From contig CAZGJX010000033.1 in NCBI GenBank assembly GCA_964525635.1, forward strand, positions 1 through 36,707: a DNA stretch of 36,707 bases, in the 5' to 3' direction. The stretch is from an uncultured archaeon. Its GTDB lineage: Archaea > Asgardarchaeota > Lokiarchaeia > Sigyniarchaeales > SOKP01. Both the position numbers and the translations under genes were made by a program. The notes below the pieces were generated by a model. The model was given only the letters and a program-made list of their open reading frames with translations, was not told the origin of the DNA and ran no database searches. Below, one piece after another: positions 8,369-18,192 of the stretch. The number at the start of each line of letters is the position of its first letter. Within the stretch, counting starts at the first letter, position 1.

Positions 8369-8402
8369 ATATTAAATTAAAAAAAAAAATTACGGATTTA
8401 AT

Positions 8403-9614
8403 ATGGAAATAGGTAAAAAAGACGGTTTACTAGGAGGCTTATTGATTAGTATCTTTATTCTTGCTGGATTATCAGGCTTTCTCGGTCTTTCATTATTAAA
8501 TGTAGAGAAGGGAAACGCCCCAGAACAGACGATCCCTGGTCCATGGGGCTTACCTGATGATTGGAGTACTGCATATAATTCATCTTATTTTACTTTAGAC
8601 AATGGCACAGATATAATTAAAATAACTCTTGGAGATCTTCTAGAGGGGATTACTTTAGCTTTAGATGAAGAAGAGAATGGAAATGGAGCAGATATTAATG
8701 AATATAAAGTCCCACTTTATCTCTATACTATTCAAGATCCTTATTCTGGGATTTACTATACAGGAGTAGATATCTTAGATGTTTTAGAACATTGGAATAC
8801 AAATTTTGCATATAATCTCTCTTTTATGGCCTCAAAAACTCCTGATGGATTTAGTTCTGTAAGATATTTAAATATGAGTACGGCAGATATTATAAATAAG
8901 ATGTATGAGAATGATGAAGATCCTGTAATTATTGCTTTGGCAGCAAATAAAGGATGGCTTCCAGGATCAAAATTGGGTAATTTTACAATTGTAGGTAAAA
9001 ATATGAATGAATCATTGAGTAATTTAGAATATATAAGTGTATTAGATTCATGGAAAGTAGATATTTATGTTAATAATACTCTTGAATATACAATTGATCC
9101 TAGTAATATGATGACCAATGAATATGATGCCACCTATTATTATGAGGATAATGATTGGTGGAGTTTTAATAGACACTATTGGGGAAGAAATATTTCAGAA
9201 ATTATTTCCCACACCTCAATATTAGCCGAAGAAAATTACACAGTAAGAATCTGGTCTTGTGATAATTGGGCAACTCCAGTCCCATCTGGAACAAGTCCAG
9301 AAAAGCCATACAATAATACTGATGTTGAAGAAGGTATAACTCCTCCTTGGAATCCTGATAAGGATTTAGTTAATGATCCTGAGGAACCCTTACCTGAGTC
9401 TGATTTACTGATGAGTTTGGTATATGCAGACCAAGAATTTGGAGAAACGGGGCAAGGTATAACAGATCCTATCTGGCCTTATAGGTTAATGTGTGGTTAT
9501 CATAGAGGACCATTTTATGTATGTATTCCTGGAAGACCAAGACGTAATTATCTCTCACATGTTGTAAAAATTGAGATTACCGTATATCCAGGATCGATTC
9601 CTGACGATTTGTAA
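8403..9614 (+). CDS. Membrane-anchored surface protein with two divergent molybdopterin-oxidoreductase-like (sulfite oxidase fold) repeats
   Basis: N-terminal TM and many N-x-S/T sequons. Two repeats (YTGVDILDVL..FMAS..DG..IIALAAN..GNFTIV..LSNLEYI and YWGRNISEII..IWSCDNW..LVYADQ..GPFYVCIP..LSHVVKIEI) parallel the 10589-11134 protein. Confidence 0.6.
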   Translation: MEIGKKDGLLGGLLISIFILAGLSGFLGLSLLNVEKGNAPEQTIPGPWGLPDDWSTAYNSSYFTLDNGTDIIKITLGDLLEGITLALDEEENGNGADINEYKVPLYLYTIQDPYSGIYYTGVDILDVLEHWNTNFAYNLSFMASKTPDGFSSVRYLNMSTADIINKMYENDEDPVIIALAANKGWLPGSKLGNFTIVGKNMNESLSNLEYISVLDSWKVDIYVNNTLEYTIDPSNMMTNEYDATYYYEDNDWWSFNRHYWGRNISEIISHTSILAEENYTVRIWSCDNWATPVPSGTSPEKPYNNTDVEEGITPPWNPDKDLVNDPEEPLPESDLLMSLVYADQEFGETGQGITDPIWPYRLMCGYHRGPFYVCIPGRPRRNYLSHVVKIEITVYPGSIPDDL

Positions 9615-9671
9615 ATATTCAATTAACTAAAAATATTTTTTTTATTTAATTAACATATTAAGTATTATCAT

Positions 9672-10583
9672 ATGAATGGAAGAAATATGTCATCAAAAAG
9701 ATTGTGTTTATTTTTATCATACTTTTTTATAATTTTATTAACAATTCCTTTATGTTATGGATATTGGGGAAATGAAGGAGATTGCCAAGATTATCATAAT
9801 ATTACAAAAATTGAAATACCATATGATAAAGATGCCATTATCACTTTAGATGGGATACCATCTGAACCTTTTTGGAGAGATCCTCAAAATAATAATGGAA
9901 TGATAACCGTTCCTTTAGCTAGTAAGATAGGTAAACCTGGATTTTTTATAATTTATTTAAATTTGACAGTTATTATGAATGATAATTACATATATTTACT
10001 ATGTGAATGGAATGATAATTCAACAAGACCATACTTGAGTAATAACATCTATGATGGATTATTTTTCTGTTGGGACATAAATGTTCCTGATTTTTCAGCA
10101 GATTTTTGGGATGGAATGGAAACTGATTCTATGGGTGGTGGAAGAGTTGATAGCTGGGGGTGGATCTGTAATGGTTATCCTCCAAGTACTCCTGGGAATG
10201 GCTCTTCCTATTTCATAGATGATCGCTGTTTTGATGAAAATGGATGGTGTAGTAGCTTTGAAAGTAGTGATGTTGCTATTGGATATACTTATCGAGAAAA
10301 TAAAAGTTATATTGTAGAATTAAGCAGAGAGTTATATTCAGATGATGAATATGATGTACAAATCATAAAAAAAGAACTCTATAAATTTAATTTAGCTATT
10401 TTAAACGATGGAACACATGAAGATCATGCAATTTCTTGGACATATGCTTTAGATCTAACTGAAAACACCAGTGCTATTATTGGATATAATTTTATTATCG
10501 TGGTACCTATTATTTTCATCTCGGTAATAGTTCTAATTCAGAAATTCAAGAAAAAAATAGATTTTATCAATAGGAAAGAATAA
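9672..10583 (+). CDS. Secreted DOMON-like (ethylbenzene dehydrogenase gamma / cytochrome b558-566-type) protein with C-terminal sorting TM
   Basis: Signal peptide; ITLDG..E..W, YIYLLCEW.D, DGL...W, M....VD.W.W, Y.VEL.R.L...D..DVQ and F..A......H motifs. C-terminal IIGYN-TM-KKK resembles a Loki-CTERM tail. Confidence 0.65.
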   Translation: MNGRNMSSKRLCLFLSYFFIILLTIPLCYGYWGNEGDCQDYHNITKIEIPYDKDAIITLDGIPSEPFWRDPQNNNGMITVPLASKIGKPGFFIIYLNLTVIMNDNYIYLLCEWNDNSTRPYLSNNIYDGLFFCWDINVPDFSADFWDGMETDSMGGGRVDSWGWICNGYPPSTPGNGSSYFIDDRCFDENGWCSSFESSDVAIGYTYRENKSYIVELSRELYSDDEYDVQIIKKELYKFNLAILNDGTHEDHAISWTYALDLTENTSAIIGYNFIIVVPIIFISVIVLIQKFKKKIDFINRKE

Positions 10584-10588
10584 AGAAA

Positions 10589-11134
10589 ATGGAAAAACGG
10601 AAATTTTATATACTGGTCTCTATAGTATTAGTTGGAATTAGCATTTTTTGGTTAAATATTTATGCATTTATAGAATTAGAAATAGATCCTTTTTGGAAAT
10701 TTAAAAATAATGACACTCTTACCATTAAAGGAAATGTAAAAACAGATTTAGTCTTAAATTTAGAAGATATAAAATCAGATCTCTACCACCAAATTGAAAA
10801 TCAAGAATTTCATTTTGTAAATGCAATAGGACGACAGTTTGATAACAATTATTCTGGAGCATCTCTTTGGAGTATTTTAATAGTAGAGGGGATACTAAAC
10901 GCAGATTCTTCAACTTTCCAATTTATAGGTGCTGATGGATTTAAATCTCCATATCCTATATCTTTATCATTAGCAGAAGAAAATCTAGATTATGTAATTA
11001 TAGCCTATGAATGTGATAATTCACCATTATTTCAAGATGGTCCATTAATGTCTATCGTTGATTATAGTGTAATTCCTAATGAAGCTACTACACACTGGGC
11101 TGTGAAGAATTTAGTAACTATTTTAATAGGATAA
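10589..11134 (+). CDS. Membrane-anchored molybdopterin-dependent oxidoreductase-fold protein lacking the Mo-ligand Cys
   Basis: N-terminal TM; LTIKG.V.....L.LEDI, YSGASL..IL, F.GADGF, IIAYE.D..PL...GPL..IV and VKNL..I motifs of the Oxidored_molyb family. No Cys precedes the YxG motif. Confidence 0.75.
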   Translation: MEKRKFYILVSIVLVGISIFWLNIYAFIELEIDPFWKFKNNDTLTIKGNVKTDLVLNLEDIKSDLYHQIENQEFHFVNAIGRQFDNNYSGASLWSILIVEGILNADSSTFQFIGADGFKSPYPISLSLAEENLDYVIIAYECDNSPLFQDGPLMSIVDYSVIPNEATTHWAVKNLVTILIG

Positions 11135-11148
11135 AAAAATGAAAAAAA

Positions 11149-11793
11149 ATGAAATCAGAAGAATTTAAAAAAGAAAAGGAAGTTTATGTAAGAGAAATAG
11201 AAGAAGTTAATGGATATAAAAAGACAGGATTTAAAAAAGTAAGAGAAAACAAATTAACTACCTTAGATCTCTTATATTCAACTATAATTGGAGTTATGGG
11301 TGGATTTATCTCTAGTATTATCCCTTTTAGTTTATTAATAAAAGTATGGTATCCATTGACTGGTGGAACACAGCTCGTTAGTGGACATCATGTTATGTGG
11401 GCAGTTATTGTTTATGGCCTCACTCAGAAAAAGAGAAATATAATGATTACAATGCTCTCAAAGGGATTAATAGAATTTTTATTAGGAGATATATGGGGTA
11501 TTGTAATTATTTTTGTAAATATAATGGAGGGATTTTGTTTAGTTATAGGATTTTTTCTAATAGAGAGAATTGGGGAAGGTCAAACAAATCTAGGTTGGGG
11601 AATTGCTGGAGGATTTGGTAACTTTTTTCAAGCTCCTTTTTTTTGGATGGTTAATCAAAGGTGGCATCTACACTGGTCATTATGGGCTATAGCTTTAATG
11701 TTTGCTTTTATCTCGGGTATTTTGATTACAGGAATCTTGGGAAGAACTATTAAAAATGCATTGATAAAGGCTGGTGTACCAACAACTTTTTGA
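11149..11793 (+). CDS. ECF transporter substrate-binding S component
   Basis: About 6 hydrophobic helices, T.LDL...IIGV.GG start and G..EFLLG motif; adjacent to A and T components. Confidence 0.8.
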   Translation: MKSEEFKKEKEVYVREIEEVNGYKKTGFKKVRENKLTTLDLLYSTIIGVMGGFISSIIPFSLLIKVWYPLTGGTQLVSGHHVMWAVIVYGLTQKKRNIMITMLSKGLIEFLLGDIWGIVIIFVNIMEGFCLVIGFFLIERIGEGQTNLGWGIAGGFGNFFQAPFFWMVNQRWHLHWSLWAIALMFAFISGILITGILGRTIKNALIKAGVPTTF

Positions 11794-13630
11794 TGATGGG
11801 TGTGATATATTGATTAAAGATCAAAATTTAGCTGTTTCTTTTCGAAATTTCTCTTTCATTTATAGTACAGATATAGACCAAAAACCCACTTTATTTGATA
11901 TTAATTTTAATCTCTTTGAAGGCGAAACCTTAATTATAGCAGGTTCAAGCGGGAGTGGAAAATCTACTTTAACCTACGCAATGAATGGTATAATTCCTTG
12001 GAGACTAAAAGGATTTGCTAAAGGAGATGTATATATTTATGATAAAAATATATGGAATTATAAATATACGGAATTATGTAAAATAGTTGGTGTTGTAAAA
12101 CAAAATCCTTTAGATCAATTAGTCACTTTTACAGTAAGAGATGAAATTGCTTTTGGACTTGAAAATTTAAAATTTTCAAAAGAAGAAATAACAAATAGAG
12201 TCAATGAAATTACACAATTTATGCAAATTGATCATTTATTAGATCGTGATATAAATCAATTAAGTGGTGGTCAAAAACAATTGGTAATTCTTTGCTCATT
12301 TTTAGTAATGAAACCTAAGATTCTGATATTAGATGAACCAATAGCTTTCTTAGATCATCAATCAGAACATTTATTACTAAATCAATTAAGAAAATTAAAG
12401 AAATCTAAGGATTATAACTTGACTTTAATTATTGTTGAGCACAGATTAAACCGTGTTTTAGATATTGCTGATAAAATATTAATCCTAAGTGATGATGGAA
12501 CAGTTAGAGTAGAGGGAGATATTCAAAGAATATTAAAAGAAGAATTTGAATTAGTAAAAATAAGTAATCTTCGTATTCCTTGGATATTGGAGATTTATAA
12601 TATGTTTATTTCTAAAGTTCAAGATATTAATTTATTAGACAACAATATAAATTTCCAGAATTTTATAAATTATATTGGTAATTTAAAATATCAAGATCTT
12701 CAAGAATTTAAGAATATCCTCATTGATACAATAATAGAACCAACAATTATAAGGGAATATGAAGAATATGAGCAAATAATAGATTTTGAGAACTTATACA
12801 TCAATTCTTTAAAAAATAAATTTAATAATCACAAGAATGAAGATGAAAAATCAAATTTAAAGATAAATAAATCAGATAATATAATTTTAGAGACTAAGAA
12901 TTTATCATTTACTTATCCTAATTCAGGAATTAAGGCTATAAAGAATCTTTCTATTAAAATTAAAAAAGGAGAATTTATAGGATTAATTGGACCTAATGGT
13001 TCAGGAAAAACTACATTTTTGTACTTATTAGCAAATTTATATGATCCTACCTCTGGAACTATTTACTTTAAGAATATTGAACTACCTGAGATAGATCAAA
13101 ATGAATACTCAAAAAAAATTGGATTTATATTTCAAAATCCAGAAAAGATGATATTCAAATCTTCCATAAAAGATGAAATTCTTTATGGAGCTAAAAATTT
13201 TAAACTTCTTGATGATATCAGTGAAAAATATTTATCTAAACTAATAAAACTTATTGGTAAAGAGGATCCTGATAAAAATCCATTTCAGTTAAGTTGGGGG
13301 CAAAAAAGGAGACTTAATCTAAGTTGTATATTTATTTACAATCCTGATATTATTTTATTAGATGAGCCATTCATAGGTCAAGATCAAAGAACAATTGATT
13401 TTCTTATTGAAACGTTATATATTGAAAATAAAAGAGGTAAGACAATTATAATATCTTCACATGATTATCAATTACTTTTAAAATATACAAATAGAATAAT
13501 AGAACTTGATAAAGGAGGAAAACTTAAAACTGATGATTCAAATGAGAATTTTTTTAGTAAAAACAAAAAATTAGGGCCAATGTTATTATTAGACAAAATT
13601 AACAGAAGATTAAATGATTTGAGTAAATAA
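11774..13630 (+). CDS. ECF transporter fused A-A' ATPase (true start possibly TTG 11810)
   Basis: Two ABC domains: GSSGSGKS / QNP / LSGGQ / ILDEP / EH and GPNGSGKT / FQNP / LSWGQ / LLDEP / SHD. Confidence 0.92.
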   Translation: MYQQLFDDGCDILIKDQNLAVSFRNFSFIYSTDIDQKPTLFDINFNLFEGETLIIAGSSGSGKSTLTYAMNGIIPWRLKGFAKGDVYIYDKNIWNYKYTELCKIVGVVKQNPLDQLVTFTVRDEIAFGLENLKFSKEEITNRVNEITQFMQIDHLLDRDINQLSGGQKQLVILCSFLVMKPKILILDEPIAFLDHQSEHLLLNQLRKLKKSKDYNLTLIIVEHRLNRVLDIADKILILSDDGTVRVEGDIQRILKEEFELVKISNLRIPWILEIYNMFISKVQDINLLDNNINFQNFINYIGNLKYQDLQEFKNILIDTIIEPTIIREYEEYEQIIDFENLYINSLKNKFNNHKNEDEKSNLKINKSDNIILETKNLSFTYPNSGIKAIKNLSIKIKKGEFIGLIGPNGSGKTTFLYLLANLYDPTSGTIYFKNIELPEIDQNEYSKKIGFIFQNPEKMIFKSSIKDEILYGAKNFKLLDDISEKYLSKLIKLIGKEDPDKNPFQLSWGQKRRLNLSCIFIYNPDIILLDEPFIGQDQRTIDFLIETLYIENKRGKTIIISSHDYQLLLKYTNRIIELDKGGKLKTDDSNENFFSKNKKLGPMLLLDKINRRLNDLSK

Positions 13631-14506
13631 ATGACTAGAAAAAATAAAATTTTAGATAATAAACTATATACATTTGCATATATTCCAGGAAACTCCTTTA
13701 TGCATAAATTGAATCCTATTTCTAAAATCTTTTTTTTGATTATTTTGACATTTTCAACATTTTTAATTAAAAGTCTAATATTTTTAACTCTAATCTTTTT
13801 ATCCTTGATTATTTTAGCATTAATGAGCAATATTTCTTTAAAAAACCTTATTTTAAAATTAAAATTCATATTTTTTATTCTAATTTTTAGTATCTTATTG
13901 AATATTTTCTTTAATGCTATTCCAGACCAAAATGATGAGGTTTTATTTTATTTATTTAATCTACCATTTTTAAAAATAAGGAGATTAGCAGTATATTTCG
14001 CATTAAAAGCTTTTTTTATTATTTTAATTCTATATACATCTACAATTATATTTACTTATACTACTAAAATGAAAGATTTTGTATATTCATTGATGAGATT
14101 AAAAATCCCTTATAGATATTGCTTTGCATTTATGGTTGCAGTAAGAAATATCCCTTTAATTCAACAAGATGCAAGAACTATAGCGTTAGCCCAAAAGGCA
14201 AGAGGATTTGATTCTGAAAAAGTAAACACAATAAAAAAAGTATATTTTCTAATATTTGAACGCCTTATTGCTACAATTGTTTCTACACTTAGAAGAACCA
14301 ACACTACATCAATATCGATGGAAAATAGGTGTTTTGGAATATATAAAAAAAGAACAAATTTAATTAAAATTAATTTTAGGAGGTTAGATGTCTTTTTTTT
14401 GATCATTTTTTCTTGTCTCTTCCTATTATTAATTTTATATATTCTTGAAATTATACCTATTCCTCACTTTCCATCATTATATTCTTTTTTTTTAAGATAC
14501 TTCTAA
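13631..14506 (+). CDS. ecfT: ECF transporter T component (EcfT/CbiQ family)
   Basis: YIPGNS.MHKLNP.SK start, TM bundle, and coupling motifs AQKARG and SMENRCF. Confidence 0.92.
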   Translation: MTRKNKILDNKLYTFAYIPGNSFMHKLNPISKIFFLIILTFSTFLIKSLIFLTLIFLSLIILALMSNISLKNLILKLKFIFFILIFSILLNIFFNAIPDQNDEVLFYLFNLPFLKIRRLAVYFALKAFFIILILYTSTIIFTYTTKMKDFVYSLMRLKIPYRYCFAFMVAVRNIPLIQQDARTIALAQKARGFDSEKVNTIKKVYFLIFERLIATIVSTLRRTNTTSISMENRCFGIYKKRTNLIKINFRRLDVFFLIIFSCLFLLLILYILEIIPIPHFPSLYSFFLRYF

Positions 14507-14617
14507 AATCGTTCATATTTTAGTTTTATTAGGATTAATCATATATAAACCGAAATATTTTAAGTACTAATACTATTTATCTAATTATCAAGAAAATAAT
14601 CAATGAGGATTTAAAAT

Positions 14618-15064
14618 ATGCTATTTGATATTAATGATGAGGAGATTCATAGAATTAGATATATTTTTGGTACATTTGACGAAGATGAGAGTGGGAGTAT
14701 AACAATTAATGAAATAGGAAATATTTACAATGCACTTGGACATGAATTTTCTGAAAATGAGCTTACAGATATGATGAAAACTATTGATTTAAATAAAGAT
14801 GGCTATATTACTTTTCATGAGTTCCTAGGTTTGTATAAAAACCATGTATTCTTTAAAGTTCAAGAACAAAAACTAATTCAAGCTTTTAAAATATGCGATT
14901 GTGATGGAAATAAGTATGTCTCATTGGATGAATTAACACGAATTATGCATGAAGTAGGTGAGAGTTTAGATAATAAACAGATCAATGATATGTTGAAAGA
15001 AGTAGATAAGGATGGAGATGGAAGAATAAACTTCAGAGAATTCATCCAATTAATGAAGAAATAA
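14618..15064 (+). CDS. Calmodulin-like four-EF-hand Ca2+-binding protein
   Basis: Loops DEDESGSITINE (21-32), DLNKDGYITFHE (57-68), DCDGNKYVSLDE (94-105) and DKDGDGRINFRE (130-141) fall at the same residue positions as in calmodulin. Confidence 0.93.
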   Translation: MLFDINDEEIHRIRYIFGTFDEDESGSITINEIGNIYNALGHEFSENELTDMMKTIDLNKDGYITFHEFLGLYKNHVFFKVQEQKLIQAFKICDCDGNKYVSLDELTRIMHEVGESLDNKQINDMLKEVDKDGDGRINFREFIQLMKK

Positions 15065-15115
15065 TAAATCATTTGAAATTATTGTTGGCTCTCAATTAAC
15101 ATCTTTATGAATAAA

Positions 15116-17380
15116 TTATATATCAGCATTTAATTGTGAAATTAATAGATCTACTTTTTCATATGGGATATTTCCTAAAAATAGATAATCAATTATTTTA
15201 TTTAATGGAAGATCAAGCAAGCCCATATCCATATCATCAAGGGTGTCAATAAAATTCTTATCTAATTGTGCATTAGATATATCCTTTACCATTTCTTTTA
15301 GTAATTTGCGACCATTTGGATGAGTTAAAATCTCTTTTAATAAACTATATCGACTAAAAGATATCTTTAATTTTTGTTCAGAAGTCATATTAATAATTTT
15401 TTTCAGTTTTATATCTTCACTTGAACTACCCACCAAGATTTCGAATTCTCCACTTTCAACAACCCACGTCTTATATTTAGAATCCCAGTATGCAAAATCT
15501 CTCTCATTTAACATAAACTTAACTTTTTTAGCTTCCCCCACGTCTAATTCAATTTTTTTGAAAGCTTTTAATTCTTTAATTGGGCGAATAATGGTTGATT
15601 TTATATCTCTTACATAAACTTGTATTATTTCTTTTCCTTTTCTTGAACCTATGTTTTTTATAGTAACAAATAGCTCGAGTTCCATTTTATTCGTAATAGT
15701 CTCTTTATTAACTTCCAAATCTGTATATTCAAAGGTTGTATAAGATAATCCAAAACCAAAAGGGAATAATGGTTTTATTTTCTTTTTTTCATAATATCTA
15801 TATCCAATAAAAAGACCCTCTCCATAAATAACATCACGATTACCAAAATTAATAAAAGATGGATTATCTTCAAGTTTAATTGGAAAAGACTCAGATAATT
15901 TACCCGATGGATTGATTTTTCCAGTTAAAATATCCACAATGCTACTCCCAAATGCTTGTCCTGCTAACCATGCTTCAATAACTGCTGATGGATAGCTGAT
16001 CCAAGGCATTGTGACGGAGGAACCATTTGATAGAACAACAATCGTATTTTTTTGTACTTTGCAAATCTCTTCTATTAAATGATTATGAGATAAAGGTAGA
16101 TCCATATGCTTACGATCTCTTCCTTCGGTTTCGTATGATGGGGGTAACCCAGCGAATATTATGGCGACATCAACATTTTTAGATATATTAACTGCTTCCT
16201 GTATTAAATCCTCATTTATAGTATCTGAATTATAACCTTGAGCATAAAGTAATTCTCCTTTATTATCAACTCGGTTTTTTAAACATTCAAATGGAATATC
16301 TAATTTCGATGGAGTGATTTCTGAACTTCCTGCTCCTTGATAGCGAGGATTTAAAGCAAAGTCCCCTATTATCGCTATTTTCTTTAATTTTTCAATTTCT
16401 AAAGGTAAGATATTATTTTCATTTTTAAGTAATACAATTGATTCATTTGCAAATTCTCGAGCTAATTGGTGATGTGTTTCTCTATCATACTCACCTATAT
16501 CTTTACGATTTTCATAAGTTTTGAATATAGCTGTTAAAACTCTAAAAACGGCCTCATCAATTATTTTTTCATCTAATTTACCATTTTTAATAGCATTTAT
16601 TACTTCCTCATCGTGAAATTGGTTTTTAGTTGGCATCTCTAGGTCAAGTCCATTTTTTATACTATTTTCCTTATTGTTAGATGCCATCCAATCAGAAACA
16701 ACAAATCCTTTGAATCCCCATTCTTTTTTAAGTATATCACGTAGAAGAAAACTATTTTCCGAAGCATTAATACCATTTATTTTATTATATGAAGTCATGA
16801 TCGTCGTTGGTTGAGCTTTTTTTACAATTATTTCAAATCCCATAAGATATAATTCTCTCATTGTTCTTTCATTCACAATGGAATCCGATACAAAACGTTC
16901 ATATTCTTGATTATTTAAAGCAAAATGTTTAAGTGTAGTTCCTATTCCTTTACTTTGTACACCATTAACAAAAGCCACTCCTATTTCACCCGTCAATATA
17001 GGATCCTCAGAGTAATACTCGAAATTACGACCACATAATGGTGATCTTTTTAAGTTTACTCCTGGACCAAGAAGAATTTGAACATCTAATGAAATACATT
17101 CCTCTCCTAATGTTTCTCCTAACTTTTTAACAAGATCTGTATTCCATGAAGATGCTAAACCTGGAGAAGTAGGATAACAAGTAGATTCAATACCTTTCTT
17201 TACTATTCCTTCTAGTTCTGCTACTTTTCTTATACCATGAGGACCGTCAGCTAAAAATATAGAAGGAATATTTAATCGTTCAATAGGATAGGTTGTCCAA
17301 AATGTCTCTCCCGTTAATATTTGAACTTTTTCTTCAATTTGCATTTTATCAATAATGTCATTTATCACAGAATCTTCCAT
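15116..17380 (-). CDS. GH3 beta-glucosidase (cytoplasmic, with C-terminal FN3-like domain)
   Basis: ADGPHG, GRNFEYYSEDP, KHFALN, VSDW nucleophile motif, ETEGRDR and PFGFGLSYTTF; no signal peptide. Confidence 0.94.
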   Translation of the reverse strand: MEDSVINDIIDKMQIEEKVQILTGETFWTTYPIERLNIPSIFLADGPHGIRKVAELEGIVKKGIESTCYPTSPGLASSWNTDLVKKLGETLGEECISLDVQILLGPGVNLKRSPLCGRNFEYYSEDPILTGEIGVAFVNGVQSKGIGTTLKHFALNNQEYERFVSDSIVNERTMRELYLMGFEIIVKKAQPTTIMTSYNKINGINASENSFLLRDILKKEWGFKGFVVSDWMASNNKENSIKNGLDLEMPTKNQFHDEEVINAIKNGKLDEKIIDEAVFRVLTAIFKTYENRKDIGEYDRETHHQLAREFANESIVLLKNENNILPLEIEKLKKIAIIGDFALNPRYQGAGSSEITPSKLDIPFECLKNRVDNKGELLYAQGYNSDTINEDLIQEAVNISKNVDVAIIFAGLPPSYETEGRDRKHMDLPLSHNHLIEEICKVQKNTIVVLSNGSSVTMPWISYPSAVIEAWLAGQAFGSSIVDILTGKINPSGKLSESFPIKLEDNPSFINFGNRDVIYGEGLFIGYRYYEKKKIKPLFPFGFGLSYTTFEYTDLEVNKETITNKMELELFVTIKNIGSRKGKEIIQVYVRDIKSTIIRPIKELKAFKKIELDVGEAKKVKFMLNERDFAYWDSKYKTWVVESGEFEILVGSSSEDIKLKKIINMTSEQKLKISFSRYSLLKEILTHPNGRKLLKEMVKDISNAQLDKNFIDTLDDMDMGLLDLPLNKIIDYLFLGNIPYEKVDLLISQLNADI

Positions 17381-17499
17381 AATATCACTAAAAATATAGT
17401 ATAGTTTTAAGAAATATAATTTCTTTTAATTATTTTTGTCTTTAAAAATATAAAATTTAAAGTAAAATAATAATTTAGAGTTTTATCAGATCTTTTCAC

Positions 17500-18036
17500 T
17501 CAAGAGATATATTTTACATTTAACCTTTTTTCACGATTTATAAGAAATAGTTTCCATTTATTTAACTTTTTAAAACTAATTCCGGGGATTTTTTTTGCCA
17601 CTGAATTTATTTTATAATCGCGTAAATCTTTGATTTTACAAATTCCATGGTTATATAGTTTCTCAGCTGTTTTTAAACCAATTCCAGGGATATCAGTCAA
17701 TAGAAATTCTAATTCAGGGGAATTAATAACATCCTCGAGGTTATCTGTGAATTTTTCTATTAATATCTTTGAAGTTTCAAGTTCTTTTTCTTTTTCATTA
17801 AGATCTCGTCGCTGTGTTACAATTATTTCTTTTAAAATCTCAATATTTTTGGGTAATTTCATATTTTGAATTTTAAGTTCATCTTCTAATTTTTGTATTG
17901 TTTCATTTTGTTCATTTATTTTAATCTTTCCATTTATATTTTCATTTTTTAATAAACTTATTTTCTGTTTTAGTTCAGAAATAACTTTAGTTTCTTTTTC
18001 AATAAAATCTATTTTACCTTTTAATTCAGTATTCAT
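17500..18036 (-). CDS. Coiled-coil protein with C-terminal helix-hairpin-helix motifs
   Basis: Heptad-rich N-terminal ~105 aa, then LTDIPGIGLKTAEKL..HGI and IPGIS.KKL HhH motifs. Confidence 0.7.
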   Translation of the reverse strand: MNTELKGKIDFIEKETKVISELKQKISLLKNENINGKIKINEQNETIQKLEDELKIQNMKLPKNIEILKEIIVTQRRDLNEKEKELETSKILIEKFTDNLEDVINSPELEFLLTDIPGIGLKTAEKLYNHGICKIKDLRDYKINSVAKKIPGISFKKLNKWKLFLINREKRLNVKYIS

Positions 18037-18192
18037 TTTTTCAATTCCCCTTTCTTATTAGATAAATAAAGACACTTTATTCCTTACATTATATAAAAAT
18101 TTTAACTAAAATATTTTTACATTCATCTTTAAATTTCTGCTGATATCCGCTAAAAAAAGTTAAGGAGAATAAAATATGTATCCTAAAGCTTA

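Noticed and set aside
8180-8400. Moco/Wco, TPP or cobalamin riboswitch before the ECF operon
   Set aside because: The region is too AT-rich and lacks the conserved cores; only DNA palindromes were seen.
13468-14406. Antisense ORFs 13468-13869 and 14161-14406, and similar short overlapping ORFs (1987, 4058, 5693, 6437, 7258, 10725, 11397, 14878, 17630, 18242, 18300, 18668, 23532, 26080, 26575, 31555, 31573, 35261)
   Set aside because: All lie within or opposite well-supported genes and show no family motifs; expected by chance in AT-rich coding DNA.
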